Of a stretch of 64,000 nucleotides of DNA, positions 31,561 through 44,233 are shown piece by piece (position 1 is the stretch's first letter; each line of letters starts with the position of its first letter). Source of the stretch: the human T2T-CHM13v2.0 reference genome, Homo sapiens; assembly GCF_009914755.1 (NCBI RefSeq), contig NC_060933.1; one strand, written 5' to 3'. The notes beneath the pieces were generated by a model. That model saw only the letters and a list, made by a program, of their open reading frames with translations, had not been told where the DNA came from and searched no databases. Position numbers and translations under genes: made by a program.

Positions 31561-34500
31561 AGGATATGTATATTTTGAAAGAGATGACTGGATTCAACAA
31601 AGCCTATTTCACATAATCTTAAAGCCTCATGCAATAAAATTTCAAAAAAAAAACCAATTTTTTTCTAGAAATTTAAGGTGTTAATATACATATGTTATCC
31701 TTCCATAGGAAGTTTGACTGTGTAAGCTAGTGAATGGTTCACATGTCATATAGATATAAATTCCATCCTGATAAACATACTCATTTTTTGAAAGGATTTT
31801 AGAAAATTTATTGATCAGAAGTCATAAGAATGTTACATCCTAAATAAAAAAAAATCTTTAAAATTTGATTTAAGAAAGGCTGTGTTGAAAATACAATTTG
31901 CAAATATCTCTTTGTTTTAAAAAGCAGCATATCGTAGGCTATGAAATGAAAGTGAGAAATGTGCAGGTACAAATGAAGGGAAATATTCCACATACTACAT
32001 TCTAGGGCACAGTGTGGGTGGATGTCACACCTGACCAAGCCCTCTGGGCTGCACAGTGTGAGGGTACTATTTACTGTCACTGAGACCAAAGAGTGCTGTC
32101 AGCTCGCTCATAGTTCTGGCAACAAGCTTCGGTAGATCTCAAAGATCTCAATGCAGCCAGAATTCACAGGACTAAGACCTAGTATAACAGCATGACAACA
32201 AAACTCACATAACTTCAAAATATCAAACATTTTTTTTTTTTTTTTTTACTTTTTAGAGTCTTCAGGTAGTTGTTTTTTATATTTCGTCAAGTAGTTTTAC
32301 TTATAATCAGAGAATAATATAGGCCACAGTGGAGTTTTCCTTCAATGCTGGGGGAGAATCTCTACTTCCTTTTGAAAAATATCCAGGGGCAAGCTGAAAA
32401 ATACCTTTTTGTTGTCTGATTACCAAGAAAATGAAGAAGGCTTTCTGATTTGGAGAGGATGGAGGAGGAAAATAATTGTCATATGGGCTCTGGGAAGCCT
32501 TAGGGAAGGGGGAATATAAAAGATTCAGGCACAGCTTTGCCTTTGACTGCTTTTCCTATTTCTTCTTCCCGTCTCCAAAGAAATTTACTGATTTTTGCCT
32601 GTGAAACTATTTAAAGAAACTCTGAGCCCTGCATTTTCACAAAGGATATAAATTTGTTCTTCCAAAAAGTCTATTGCCCAAATTTGAAATTGTTCATTCA
32701 GTTGGTATATTGCCCCTGCAGGACTACTCTTTCATTCTTAGGGTGGGAATTGATTTTTCTTCTCTTATTTGTCATGTGAGAGTACTAACTATATTACAAC
32801 ATCAGAATTTTCACACATTATTTAAAAACCTGTTCTCGACGTGAGAAGGTCTCGCATAGGCTTGTCTATACCAATGTGTAAAAACCTCAGGTTGCCTTTA
32901 AAATTGCGAAGGCAAGCTATGTTCCTCATTAAGTACACAGACTAATATCTGGAAAGTGACAGCTTTCTACAGACATTTTCCAGAATTTGAACTTTTCTGT
33001 ATTTAAAGTGATTTTACCCTAACCCCTAAGTTTCTGCACACAAATTAATGGATCCTTTAAATCTATAAGTATAATATTGGCTTATAAAAATACACCTAGA
33101 CATTTAAAATTATTGAGGATGTTGTTGAAATTTATTTGTATAAGTAAATGCTTTTTAAATAAGCATGTCTAAATATTTATACTCACTTGTTTGCGCAAAT
33201 TCCACATACATTAAAGTTAGAATGACAATTTAAAAACTGGTTTTGGAATTGAAATACTAACTGATCTATACTTTTAGATTTATCTTTACATATTCAAATC
33301 TATGTTCTATTCAGTTCCTTGTCCACCCCCTTCCTCCCCACTTCCTTTGATTTTCAACTTTCAAAAGGTAGACTATTCAAACTTTTATCTGTTCGTAAAA
33401 AAACATGGAGATATCCAAAATGGAAAATTAAAAAATAAAGTATGAAGGCATTTCCATAGTATTATTTTTTGAAACGGCTTGTATGAATATAGCACAGACT
33501 GGAATTCACAAAAAGAAGGGTCAGAAGATGCACAGGTCTCCTGGCCTCTCAAACTAGTGTTCCTGATCACAGCTGGACACATCCTGGGGACAGGATTGTA
33601 TCTAGAAGGGTGTTTCCACCCCTTTGCTGTACATTTTTATAGTGCAACTGTTAGAGTAGCCTTGCCACTGGAGACAAATATTTTGAGATAGACTGCCAAA
33701 TAGTCTGGGCTTGAGTGCCAGCTGCTTATAGGAATTACTAGAGTCTTTGGGAGACATTGAAGTCAGGTATAAACCTTCCTTCTGTGGGGAGGGCAGCCCC
33801 TAGTCTCAGCTAACTGATTGCCAGTCAACCTAGAGAGAACTGTCAGGGGCTTTAGACAACCCCGCTTATCCTTCAATACCTATTTTTAACAAACTATTAA
33901 TTTTAAAAATAATTTTAGACTTACAAAATCCGGTCAGGAGTATGCTGTATTAACATGTCTTTAAAGGTTGGCTTACTCCCAGTGCTGGTTCTTGATCAGA
34001 ATTATTTGAGGTCAGGGATTTACCTTTATACCATCCATTGGACTTAGCACAGTGACTTGCATGATGGAGACATTCAGTACATATCATGAAGTTAATGAGC
34101 AAATGAGTATCACTGCCTGAAGCTTACTCATCATGACCTAGCCTAATGTTTCAGCATGTCAATACCATTTTTAGAATTCAGGTGGTGTCCTGATGAGTCT
34201 TTAGTTTCACAACAATATAAATTCATAGGCAAAAATGGAAAATAGTCCATGCTTTTTTTTTAAAGTGAAATCCAGTAAGTAAACTATAACTTGAGCCATT
34301 CTTCATACATAATACAGATTCTGCTAGATATTGCCACCAGCACTACCTCCTCCTCCTTTTTCTTCTTTTTTAAGGAAAAAGCTAACTTAGTGAGATTATC
34401 AAGAAGTTAGATACTCAACAAATTTCACTTGGCCCCTCCACTTAAATGGATGAGATGTGATTTAGATTTTTTCAATGATTCAAGTTACAAATGTGAAGAG

Positions 34501-34609
34501 ATGATGGGTGAGCTAAGTTAGGATGATCAAAAACACTGCTGAGATTTCTCTTTCTGATAATTGGGTATATACATTTGTAAATGGTGTTGCTGTCTCTGCC
34601 CCAGACATG

Positions 34610-34634
34610 CTCTCTCTCTCTCTCTCTCTCTCTC
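34610..34634. repeat. (CT)n microsatellite
   Basis: About 12 uninterrupted CT units. Confidence 0.95.
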
Positions 34635-34722
34635 AATCTCTCAAAATCAACAGCTCTGTCAAAAACATTTGGAAAGAAGCTCCTTTGAAAGGAGTAAACA
34701 AGGCAGTGAACCCATTAGAAAA

Positions 34723-34900
34723 TCTGTTTCCAATATAGAACTCACTATCTACATATAACTATTAAAATAAAATAAAAATTCAATTTCTCAGTCATACTAA
34801 CCACGTTTCAAATGTTCAATAGTCACATGTGGTTAGTAGCTACTATATTGGACAGCAAGAACATTTTCATTATCTTAGAACATTCTATTGGACAGGGCTG
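34723..34900 (-). mobile_element. MER3 hAT-Charlie MITE
   Basis: 'aatagtcacatgtggttagtagctactatattggacagc...ttctattggacagggctg'. Confidence 0.8.
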
Positions 34901-35438
34901 CATTTAAAGCTACTTGTGGGACATTTGATGTCATTTGAGGACTAAACAAATGATTGTGAAATCAAGCATTCTGAGATCAAGCAGATCTGTCATTTGGTTA
35001 AGTTTCAAAATTGTAGTTTAATTCTGCTTAGGTTCAATCTGAGTAAATAGTCATAATGGGTGTGAACTACTCTAAAGAGTCCTTTCTACTTGAATAATAC
35101 CAACTTTTCCATTTGCAAGGCCACTTGCAAATGGACAAATTTCCAATGTAGGTCTAATATTCCATAAATAAATTTGTGACTTTATACTCTAGTCTATTCC
35201 AATACTGTTGCATTCTTCATGGTTCATTGTAGTTACATACTGTGCTTCAGTCTCACTTATAGCTCTACATTGCTGTATCTTTACAATGTTGTTTCTGGTC
35301 CATAAAGATTATTTTTCAAGCCCAGCTATCTTTTTTACTTTACCTTTTCATATTTTTATCTATTATTGCCATGTGTTTGGAAAAGGATGGTGGTAGTGGG
35401 CAGGAATATACATGAAAGCATTAACTTACTACACCATC

Positions 35439-35965
35439 TGTTCAGAGAAGAGTTGATATAGCACTCTTGCGATAGCTATCTTTAGAGTCCTGCTTTCAAG
35501 GTGATTTTTGGCTGGCATCTGGGAACTTGGCTGTCAGAGCAGTGCACATCAACAGTTAACTGATAAGGTTGGTTGACTGTGCCTAGACTATACTAGCAAT
35601 ACGATTATGCTAAATACCTGTGTTCCTTTTGGGAGACTGGAATTTTGGTATGTATCAGGCAGAGTGCCCATGTGACAGCCCCCAATAAAAATCTTGGGCA
35701 CTGAGTCTCTATAGGCTTGCTTGAGCAGACACACAATATGCATATTGCATTTTCATTGCAGGGGAAAGTGTACTCTGTATGACCCCTCATGGGAGGGAAG
35801 AGCCTAAGCAAACCTGCTTATGGATTGCTCTGAATGCATATGTCCCCTTCTGATCTGGCTGTTTATCCTTAGTACTTTGCTGTAATAAATCTTAGCCATG
35901 AGTAAAACTATTTCTGAGTCCCATGAATCCTTTTAGTGAATGTCTAAACATGGGGACTCTTGACA
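35439..35965 (+). mobile_element. MER68/MER77-like ERVL solo LTR
   Basis: 'tgttcagagaagagttgatatagc...ggctggcatctgggaacttgg...ttgggcactgagtctct...aataaatcttagccatgagt...tgaca', flanked by catc on both sides. Confidence 0.7.
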
Positions 35966-38900
35966 CATCCTCTTGAACAGAATTTCCATTTTTATTTTTA
36001 AAGGAATAGTAAAACAGCTTTTATTATGGGCAGCTAATAGGTCCCAATGCTCAAACTGAAACAGACTTCAATTCCTCAAACCTCGAATGTTATGGGAGGT
36101 TATATGAGGAGGTTACAGATAATGAAGTAACACTTAAAATATATGTCGAGGTACCTGGCACATAGTAGGCATTCAAATAACATTACTTGTATTTTTTTCC
36201 TTATTCCCTCCAGTCCCAGCCCCATTAGAATGCAATGTTTTTTTAAGCTGGTGGGCATCATGACATATTTATGTTGCCTGTTTTCCTACTTCCGTTTTCT
36301 TCGCTAGAAAGCATACAATATATTTAAAAATTAGATCATTAACCAGTTTTGTTCTTTTGGCATCTGGTGTTTGAAGCCGTTTCAGTTTTCGTTCCAATTT
36401 TTTTTTTTTTTTTCATAATGTTCTTTCCAGTCGAATCTCACTTGCTCTTTCTAAAAGGAAAACTATGAAACATAGAGAGAGAGAGATCATTTCATGGTTT
36501 CAAAGCCAGCAGGGTCAAGCGAGAGAACTCATAATTGAAGTCTAAAATGTGTTTCTTTTTTCTTCTTTATAAGCAAAAGGGAAGAGAAGAGGCCATGTCC
36601 TGAGCCACTAGCACTTCTGTTGATGGAGAATGGAAGATAATGAGGCAATTACTAAAGCTTAGATTTCAGGTCAGGGATGTGTGGGAAAGCACATAGGCAC
36701 TTATAAGGGAAATAAGTCCTCAAAGAAATGTCCTTTTCCTAACACTGGGCCCAGTGACTTAAGTTTTTAGCTGCCTATTTTATCGTAAAATGTATACAAT
36801 AAACATGGTCCATAGTCAGGTCACTGGCCAACTGGTAACTGAAATGTAAGTGAGAAGGCTAAAGGCTTGCAGGGTGATTCTCAGCCCTTGGGAAAAGACA
36901 TATGACCTCTAAGTGTACAGTTACCATTGGCTATCTTCCACTTCCACCCCTTCCCACTTGTATAAGCCTGCTTCTCAGTTTTGAACTTGAGCCGTATCTT
37001 CAATACGATCCCACTGAATACTGATATCTCCATGTAACAGTCTCCTAGGCATCTCAACTTTGCAGAGAAGAAAACTGAAATGAATTCAGAGATGAAAGTT
37101 ACCAATTTGTTGTGAATACCTCTTATGCATCACTTGCAATGCTGAGGATGTCTATGAATACAATCTTATTTGATTTCATTCCATGTCTGAGATATCCTGT
37201 TACGCCCCTGTAGAGGCACTGGTCCTGGCAGTAAATATTCATGGGGTAAGAAAACGCCTCAGTTAAGAATCTTGGGATGTCCCTTCAGTGGTGCACTGCC
37301 TTTGTAGTGATTGCGTGGATCAAAATGGTGACTACTGGCCATCTTCCAGCTTTGTGAAGCAGTCCCATGGAGGAAATGGGAGGCCTTCATCTCTGTCCCT
37401 ATGCCATTGCTGGACAAATTGTAAGTAACTTTCAGTCAGCAGACAAATCACTCAATCTAGCTCTCCATTTCCAGTGTGGCTTCTTTGATGAAGAACACAA
37501 TTATAAAAGGGTCAGAAATAGTAAAACTCAGTACTCCAGAGTTCCAGCCCAACAAACACCTGGAGACCATTTCCCAAGTCTGAGGCTGTCTGATAGTTTT
37601 TGCTCCTTATCTGTTTCCCCAGAAGAAGCTGCTGTTTCTTCTGGCTTCCTCCTTACCTATTCACATATTGACCGTTCTGATGCTAGACACTTCTAAGCCC
37701 TGTAGCTTACTTCAGATGTTATTATCCCTCCTCCAAATGCAAAATTGCCAGACATTCTACTTCAAAGAACACTGGCCAGGAGCATGTTTCGTTATCTACC
37801 ATTCTTCACACATGCAGCCTGCAGCACATCCATTCTTCCTCAGTGAAGATCTTTATTTTCACACATTATGACTCATTGGCTCAAAGAAAAGAAGAGGGCA
37901 GATTCAGGTACAGGAAAAATTTTTTTAAAAAAATGGTTATGTGACTCGATGTAGCTCTAAGCATATTTAACATAAAATTAAAATTGTACATCTACAGCAG
38001 CTGTAGAATTTTCACAAACCATAAGTGTCTTTGGATCCTAATATACCACCCTGAGGACATCTTTGATATAGTTAAGTTTAGATAGCTCTAGAAGGAATGG
38101 CACAGAGTAAGATTTGTTGACTATCTACTATGGTTTCATTACCTCTCAGATTGTAGCTAAGTACACATAAATGATGAGATTTGGTTATTCCATCTGAGAC
38201 TATTACCTCAACTGTCTATGAAAATAATTGTGTATGAGTAGAAAAAGATGATGCTCTAGATTAAGGTGTTGTTTCTTTAGGAAGTGCTGTACTAACATTT
38301 TTAAATCAGTGGGATCTTTTTTCCTCAGATCAAATACTGTTAAGAATTATAAAACAAATACCACTGGACCCGTTCTGGATTACCTCTAAATAAAGACAGA
38401 GCTGGACCTTAACTCTTATTCTGTTTCCTTGGAGGGCCCTGAAATAAGACTCCAGAACTCTGAGGCTTCGCGGAACATAGGAGACTCTATGATCTGGTAG
38501 AAAAAGGACAAATTCTCAAGTTATGCAGTCTAGGAGTTGGAATCCCAGCTCTCCTGATAATACCTCTTGATTTCAGCAATTTATTTAATATCCGTGAAGA
38601 TCAGTTTTTTCAACTTCAAAAAAAAAAAGGCGAAATAGGATATATGTCAAGAAAAAGCTGTAATGAGTACTATATATAAATGTGATGAGCAGCAGGTATT
38701 TAACAAATCTAAGTTTTCTTTCCCTCTTTCTTCAAGTAAGGTCCTTCCTTCAGGTTAGAATAAAAAGGAAGAGCTTTTGTGAACATGTAAGAATAATATT
38801 TCGTAAGGAGATTCTGAGTGCTGCCTTGGACCTCCTTCTGGGTCTAAAGATTGGTTTAGATAGAAGTAGAGAGTTGGCCCAGAAAGCACAAGAATGAGAG

Positions 38901-39149
38901 CTGTTCAGGCTAGGCAAGGAATGGGAAGAGGAAAGCTGGAGATGGGAGGGAGAGCTAACATGGACCAACTGAAGTCAAGTCTAGTGAGGGTTTCCTTATA
39001 TTGCTAAGCACAGAGAACAGGGAAAAGAATCTGGACCAAAAAAATGTACATCACAGATTGATGTCTAATGGAAGGGATCCTAAGTAGTTTGTAGGGGCAT
39101 TTCCAAAATAAATTTCACTAGTTGAGATTGAGTATTGAAAAGATAGACA

Positions 39150-39300
39150 AATTGTGTCATGGAATCACAGAACTTCCAGGCTGGAAGGGAATTTTTCTTT
39201 CTTTTCGTTCACTTCCCTTGGTTTGTAGATGAGGAAACTGAGGTTCAGAGAGGTTAGGTGACCAGTACAAAGTCTCTTAGCAAGTTAGTAATGGGACTGA
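39150..39300 (-). mobile_element. MIR
   Basis: 'tagatgaggaaactgaggttcagagaggttaggtgacc' core. Weaker MIRs also at ~36070-36190 and ~38500-38710. Confidence 0.75.
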
Positions 39301-39768
39301 TTCTGGTATGTTTCCTATGTATATTGCCTACTCCTCTAGACTCTCCCCTTATTTCCAGGTCAGACTGCCTTTCATTCCACAGTTATAATCACAGTGACTG
39401 ATTATAACTTTCATGGCCTAGAATGTACATTCTCAAGAAATTCTGTTTCACACATACCGAACTCTCATCCACTAAACATATCTTCTGATCTTTTCTAAAA
39501 ATCAGCACATACAATAAACCTAACTACTTCAAATAAATTAGTGGCATGTTAAAAGCAATAACCTCTTACACATGAGTAGCAAATTTACATTAAAAAAAGG
39601 AGTTTTGATAAAGGATAGAATCACATTACAAACTCCTTGTGAAAGAGGGACTATGGCAGCCTGATCAGGAGTAGGAACATTAAAATACCTCCCCAAGTTT
39701 AGATCAAATTCAATTACAATCAAAAATAGATTCTGGCTAAATCAGAAAAAGCACAGAGGTTTGTTAGT

Positions 39769-40227
39769 TGTTAGGTTTTGAAGGGAAGGTGAGGATTAAA
39801 GACACACACACAGAAAGAGGGCAGCTCAACAGCAAATGCAGGCTTTATGTCCAGCATAAAACCTACAGAAAAGGGGGACCAGCCTAATGCCAGAGCCCAC
39901 TACTGCCTACAGGCTGTGGCAATTCATAGGTATGGGTGGGAGGGGTCTGGGCAGTATGGCTTGCTGCCTGGCAGGATATTGATAAGATGTGCCCATGATG
40001 AGGCAGTTCTGGCCCTTGTTCCAGCGGGATGTCATCGTGATCTTCCATGGACCTTTGTCCAGCAAGATATGATAGGGATGTTTTTTTAGTTGGGCCTTTG
40101 TCTGCCTTGTGGTCATGTGGTTAGGAAGGATGTTTCTCACGGCCCAAACCCCTGTAAAATGTTTCACTTTGACCAAGGTCTGCAAAATAGCAGGGAGCAT
40201 ACAACGTAGTGCAGTTTGGACTAACAT
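39769..40227 (-). repeat. ERV 3' LTR (LTR46-like)
   Basis: Minus strand runs TGTTAGTCCAAACTGCAC...CAAAACCTAACA with TGTTAG/CTAACA terminal inverted repeats, preceded by the purine tract aaagtaaaaggcaagaa. Confidence 0.85.
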
Positions 40228-40259
40228 TCTTGCCTTTTACTTTAATATAAAAGGAAGAG

Positions 40260-41640
40260 GGGCATTGTGGATCATCTGGCTGCTTCCTGCTTAGTAGGGG
40301 CACTGTACTCAGAGTTTGGGTTTTGAAGTAGTGGGTGTTTGACTTCAGAGTTGTTTTCCTTGACGCGTTGATACCGAACTTGGTGGAGGAGGAGGATGGT
40401 ATTAATGTGTTTCTGGGTGTTGTCTGGATAAGGGAGTTTAGCCTTTGGGAGGTAAAGCGGGATATGAAGGTGAATACACATGGGCCAGTTGTTAGTATTT
40501 TGAGGAAGAAAATTAGGGGCCCTAAGAAAGGGGCAACCTCCTATACTGGTGCTAAGTGCAGCACAGCAGAGATGTTTAGTTCTGCTAACGGGAATGAAGT
40601 GTACAGCCTGCTTGGTGTGTGTGGAAGAGGAAGAAGTAGGGATTACTAAAGGAACCTGAGTAGTTTGGTTGTTAGGCAAAATGTTAATGTTTGGAGATTG
40701 AAACACCAGGGTGCATGTTCCTGACCAATTGGCCGGTAGGCAGAGTTAAGAGTTTGCACTGCAAAGGAAGAAGACACTGCGGGTGGACAGACAAAAGTTG
40801 TAGGTTATGGTGGAAAGCCATGACAAGGTGGGGGTTGAATCCTGAATAAACTTTTTGTCCCATCCTTTTTTGTTTTTCCAAGTTGAATAGCTGCCAGCAA
40901 GGGTAGCCTGTAAGGGCCTGATAGGGAATGTTGGTGGGAGAGGAGATGAAGGCTGTTTGGTTTTGGAGAGAGAGAGATAAATGGGTTTTTGTAACTAAGC
41001 CATTGAGATCCTGATGGGGCAGAAGGATATAGGTTGCAGTTGAGGGAATTGTTTGCGCAGTTTCTCCAGGGAGCGCCCTTGGGTTGACTACATGGAGAGG
41101 GGTACCAGCAGAGAGGGGAGGGGTTAGTAAGGGGTGTTTTATAGAATCCAGCTTAGAGGCCATGAGGCGAAAGAGGGTGACAGCCCTGTGTGATGATGTG
41201 GATGGATTTGATAGATTGCGGGAAAGGCGTTTAGCCAAGCAAGATTATAAACAGGTTTTGGGAATGATTTGGCCGAGTACGTGAGATGCAGGTTTATTTT
41301 GGACTGGGCTTATGCAGTTAAGTTAACAGGAAGGGCTGTAAACTGCTGGATTTGTGTGGACAACAAATTTAACAGTTGGAAGAAAGACGGGAGTGTGACT
41401 GATTTAAGAGGTGATGTTTGAGGTTGACAAAGGGGGCTCAACTGCCAGAGGTTAGGGGTGGGGACTTAGAGTATCCCACAGACAAAGAAGACAAAATGAG
41501 AACAAGGAGATTTGAGTAGGAGTGAAATTTTGGAAAGTTCTTCAGCCATAGCTCTTGGATTAATGTGAGAAATTGGAGTGGATTATCCAGGGACTTGGGG
41601 AGGGAATACCAGGAGAGATCTGAAACAAGGTATGAGATAA
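40260..41640 (-). pseudogene. ERV env remnant (SU C-terminus, decayed furin site, TM with ectodomain deleted)
   Basis: 'FFLCSANS*LCLPANWSGTCTLVFQSP', 'THTKQ/AVHFIP' (RxKR-type site plus fusion peptide), then membrane-anchor region 'PFLGPL...GPCVFTFISRF'. Env start position approximate. Confidence 0.8.
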
Positions 41641-41699
41641 AAGATTTGAAATTGGAAGCAGACAGTGTTATGGACCATGGCCTCCTGGATTGGCAACTT

Positions 41700-44233
41700 C
41701 TGGAATTTTTGTTAAGTGAAGTGAGGTTGGTCCTGTGAGGGAGGGAGAAAAATTTGGGAGGAGGACATTTCTGGATGTGGATCTGGGGCTCTTTTTAGTT
41801 TGGAATGGTGTATCGAGTGGGGATAGGATATAATCTTTGCCTTTGTGGGAGTGGCTAGGATAACCTGGTGCGGACTCATCCACTTAGGTTGGAGAGGGGA
41901 GGAGGAGGAGTCTGTGATCCAGACCCAGTCCCCTGGTTGTAGGGACAGGGAGAAGTGTCTGGAGGATGGACTTTCCGGATGGGGCAAGTAAGTGTTTGCG
42001 TACTGTCTTACTAGATGTTGAGTAAGGTGTAATGCCAGCCAAGTATCTTGCATAAAAGGGGAAGAAGATACAGGCAGATGCTGGAGGATAAAGAAGTGTT
42101 TGTACAAGAGTTTAAATGGGCTCAGGCTGAGGGGATTTTGGGGGAATGGCTGGCAAACGCATGAGGGCAAATGGGAGAAGTGAAGTCCAGGCCATTTTAA
42201 CCTCTAGAAAGAGTCTGGTTAGTTAGTGTTTTAAAAGGACGTTGGTCCATTTAACTTTACCTGAAGATTGGGGGCAGGGGAGCGATAAGGAATATGGAAG
42301 GGTATTTAATGTTTAGAGCCTTTGCCAGCTGTTGGTTAACCTGTGAAACAAATGTTGGCCTGTTGTTTGACTGGATGGAAGAGGGGAGTTTGAACCAGGG
42401 ATAATATGGGTGAGGATAATAGAAGCGACAGTGTGCGCCTTTTCAGTGGTGGCAGGAAAAGCTTCTATCCACCCAGAGAATGCATCTACTATTTGTCAGA
42501 AGGTATCAGACTAGTTTTACGGGGGGCATGTGTGTGAAGTTGATTTGCCAGTCCTGCCCTGGCAGGTGTCCTTGGGCCTGGTGTGTGGGGAAAGGAGGTG
42601 ATTTGATAGCTTCTTGAGGGGAAGTTTGAGTGTAAAGGGAATATGCCTTAGTAATATCTTTGAGATTGGAAGCCATGGTGGGAGATTGTACGTAAGTTTT
42701 TAAGAGCTGGAGTAGGGGTGGAATGGAAATGACTGTGAACATATAAAAGTACAGAAAGTTTTTAAAACTTGGGCAAGGCAATTTTATCGTTGAGGTAGAA
42801 CCACTTTTTCCTGAGTAGCATCAGCCTGGGCAAGTGAGGTTTGTTCCTCCTGGGTATATATACGGTGTATGTTGGGAAAAGTGGGCAATAATGATGGGGT
42901 TTTAAGGGCTGCCTACTGGGCTGCCAAATTTGCCAGAGAGTTCCCCTTGGTTATGGCATTTTGGTGTTCCTTGCAACGAATAATGATGGACTGTAATGGT
43001 AGTTTAGCCACCTCCAGCAGTTTGTGTATGAGTTTGCCATTTCCTATGGGGTTTCCTTTTGTATTTAGAGAACCCCTTTCCTGACAGATTAAGGCATGAG
43101 AGTATAGGATGTGGTATGCATATTTGGAATTGGTGTAAATGTCACTTTTCCTTTGCTAGGGTGAGGACCCTGGTTAGGATAGCTAGCTCCACTTGTTGAG
43201 AGGGAGTTCTGCCTGTTGAGAGGTAGTATGGGGTGGGAGAGCATTGGATTTTAGGAGTTTATATCAGCAATGATGGCTGAACATGGCTCCCTAAAAAAGG
43301 TTCCATTAATGAACCATGTAGGTCTTCCCCAAAAAGGGGTTTTTGAAATGTGTTGGAAGGTGGTAGGGGAGAGGGAGTCTAAAAGGTCCAGGCAGGAGTG
43401 AGAGAGCTTAGAGTTGGAAGTGCTTACAGGAAGGAGGGTGGCTGGGTTGAGAGCTTTACATCTCTGGAAGGTGATTAGATGGTTTCCCATGAATAAGGTG
43501 GGTACCTGCTGTAAGTTGGATGGTGGGACAATTAGAAGAGATTGATGGCTTGTGAGGTTCTGTAGGCTATGGGAAGATGAATACAGTAATGCATTGGTAG
43601 AGAGTGAGTTTCTGTGCCTCTGAGGTCAGCAATGTGGCCACACCCACGGTTTTTAAGCAGGATGGCCAGCCTTGAATGACAGAGTCCAGTTGTTTTGAGA
43701 GGTATGCAATGGCCTGTGGGGCGTTGCTGTACGTTTGGCAGAGTAGTCCAAGAGCAAGGCCTTAGTCAAAATATACATACAGAGTAAAGGGCTTGGTGGG
43801 GTTGGGAAGTTCCAGTGCCAGGGCCGTTATAAGGGCATTTTTTAGTTTTTTAAAGTGTGAGTTGATGGGGCAAGCTGGGTTTAGGGTTTCTAGAATGGGC
43901 CCATGTGAAGCCATGTAGAGTGGCTTGGCCAGCAAGCTGAATTTGGGAATCTACAGCTGGAAGTATCCCACAAGGCCCGAGAAGGAGAGGAGGTCCTTTT
44001 TTTTGGTGTAGGGAAGGGACATGTCCCAAATTAACTTCTTTCTTTGGGTTGGGATGGCCCAAGAATTAGGGGTTAGAACAAGTCCAAGGTAAGTGACCTG
44101 GGTTTGGGCTACCTGAGCATTTGAGGGTGAGACCTGATATCCTCGACTATGGAGGAAGTTTAAAAGCTGAGTGGTGTGTTGGAGGGACAGGTTAAGGGAG
44201 GGGCTACAGAGAAGGAGATTATTGATGTGTTGG
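41700..44233 (-). pseudogene. ERV pol remnant (RT C-terminal half, RNase H, integrase)
   Basis: 'LQHINNLLLCSP...GYQVSPSNAQVAQTQVTYLG', 'ALNPATLLP', 'TWFINGT', IN 'PGQDWQINFTHMP', 'LQPGDWVWI...LQPKW'. Many frameshifts. Confidence 0.9.

Larger units (their letters stand above)
39769..44233 (-). mobile_element. 5'-truncated class I (gammaretrovirus-like) endogenous retrovirus: partial pol, env, 3' LTR (LTR46/ERV-Fc-like by recall)
   Basis: RT, RNase H, IN and env peptides, a polypurine tract and a 459-bp LTR. No gag, pro or 5' LTR. Flanked by the 19-bp direct repeat agcacagaggtttgttagt (39750-39768, 44234-44252). Confidence 0.93.

Noticed and set aside
39390-39430. Cryptic V(D)J RSS (CACAGTG heptamer)
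   Set aside because: No ACAAAAACC-like nonamer at 12- or 23-bp spacing.
40260-41640. Syncytin- or suppressyn-like co-opted env
   Set aside because: Stops, frameshifts, a decayed furin site, a deleted TM ectodomain and no 5' LTR promoter.
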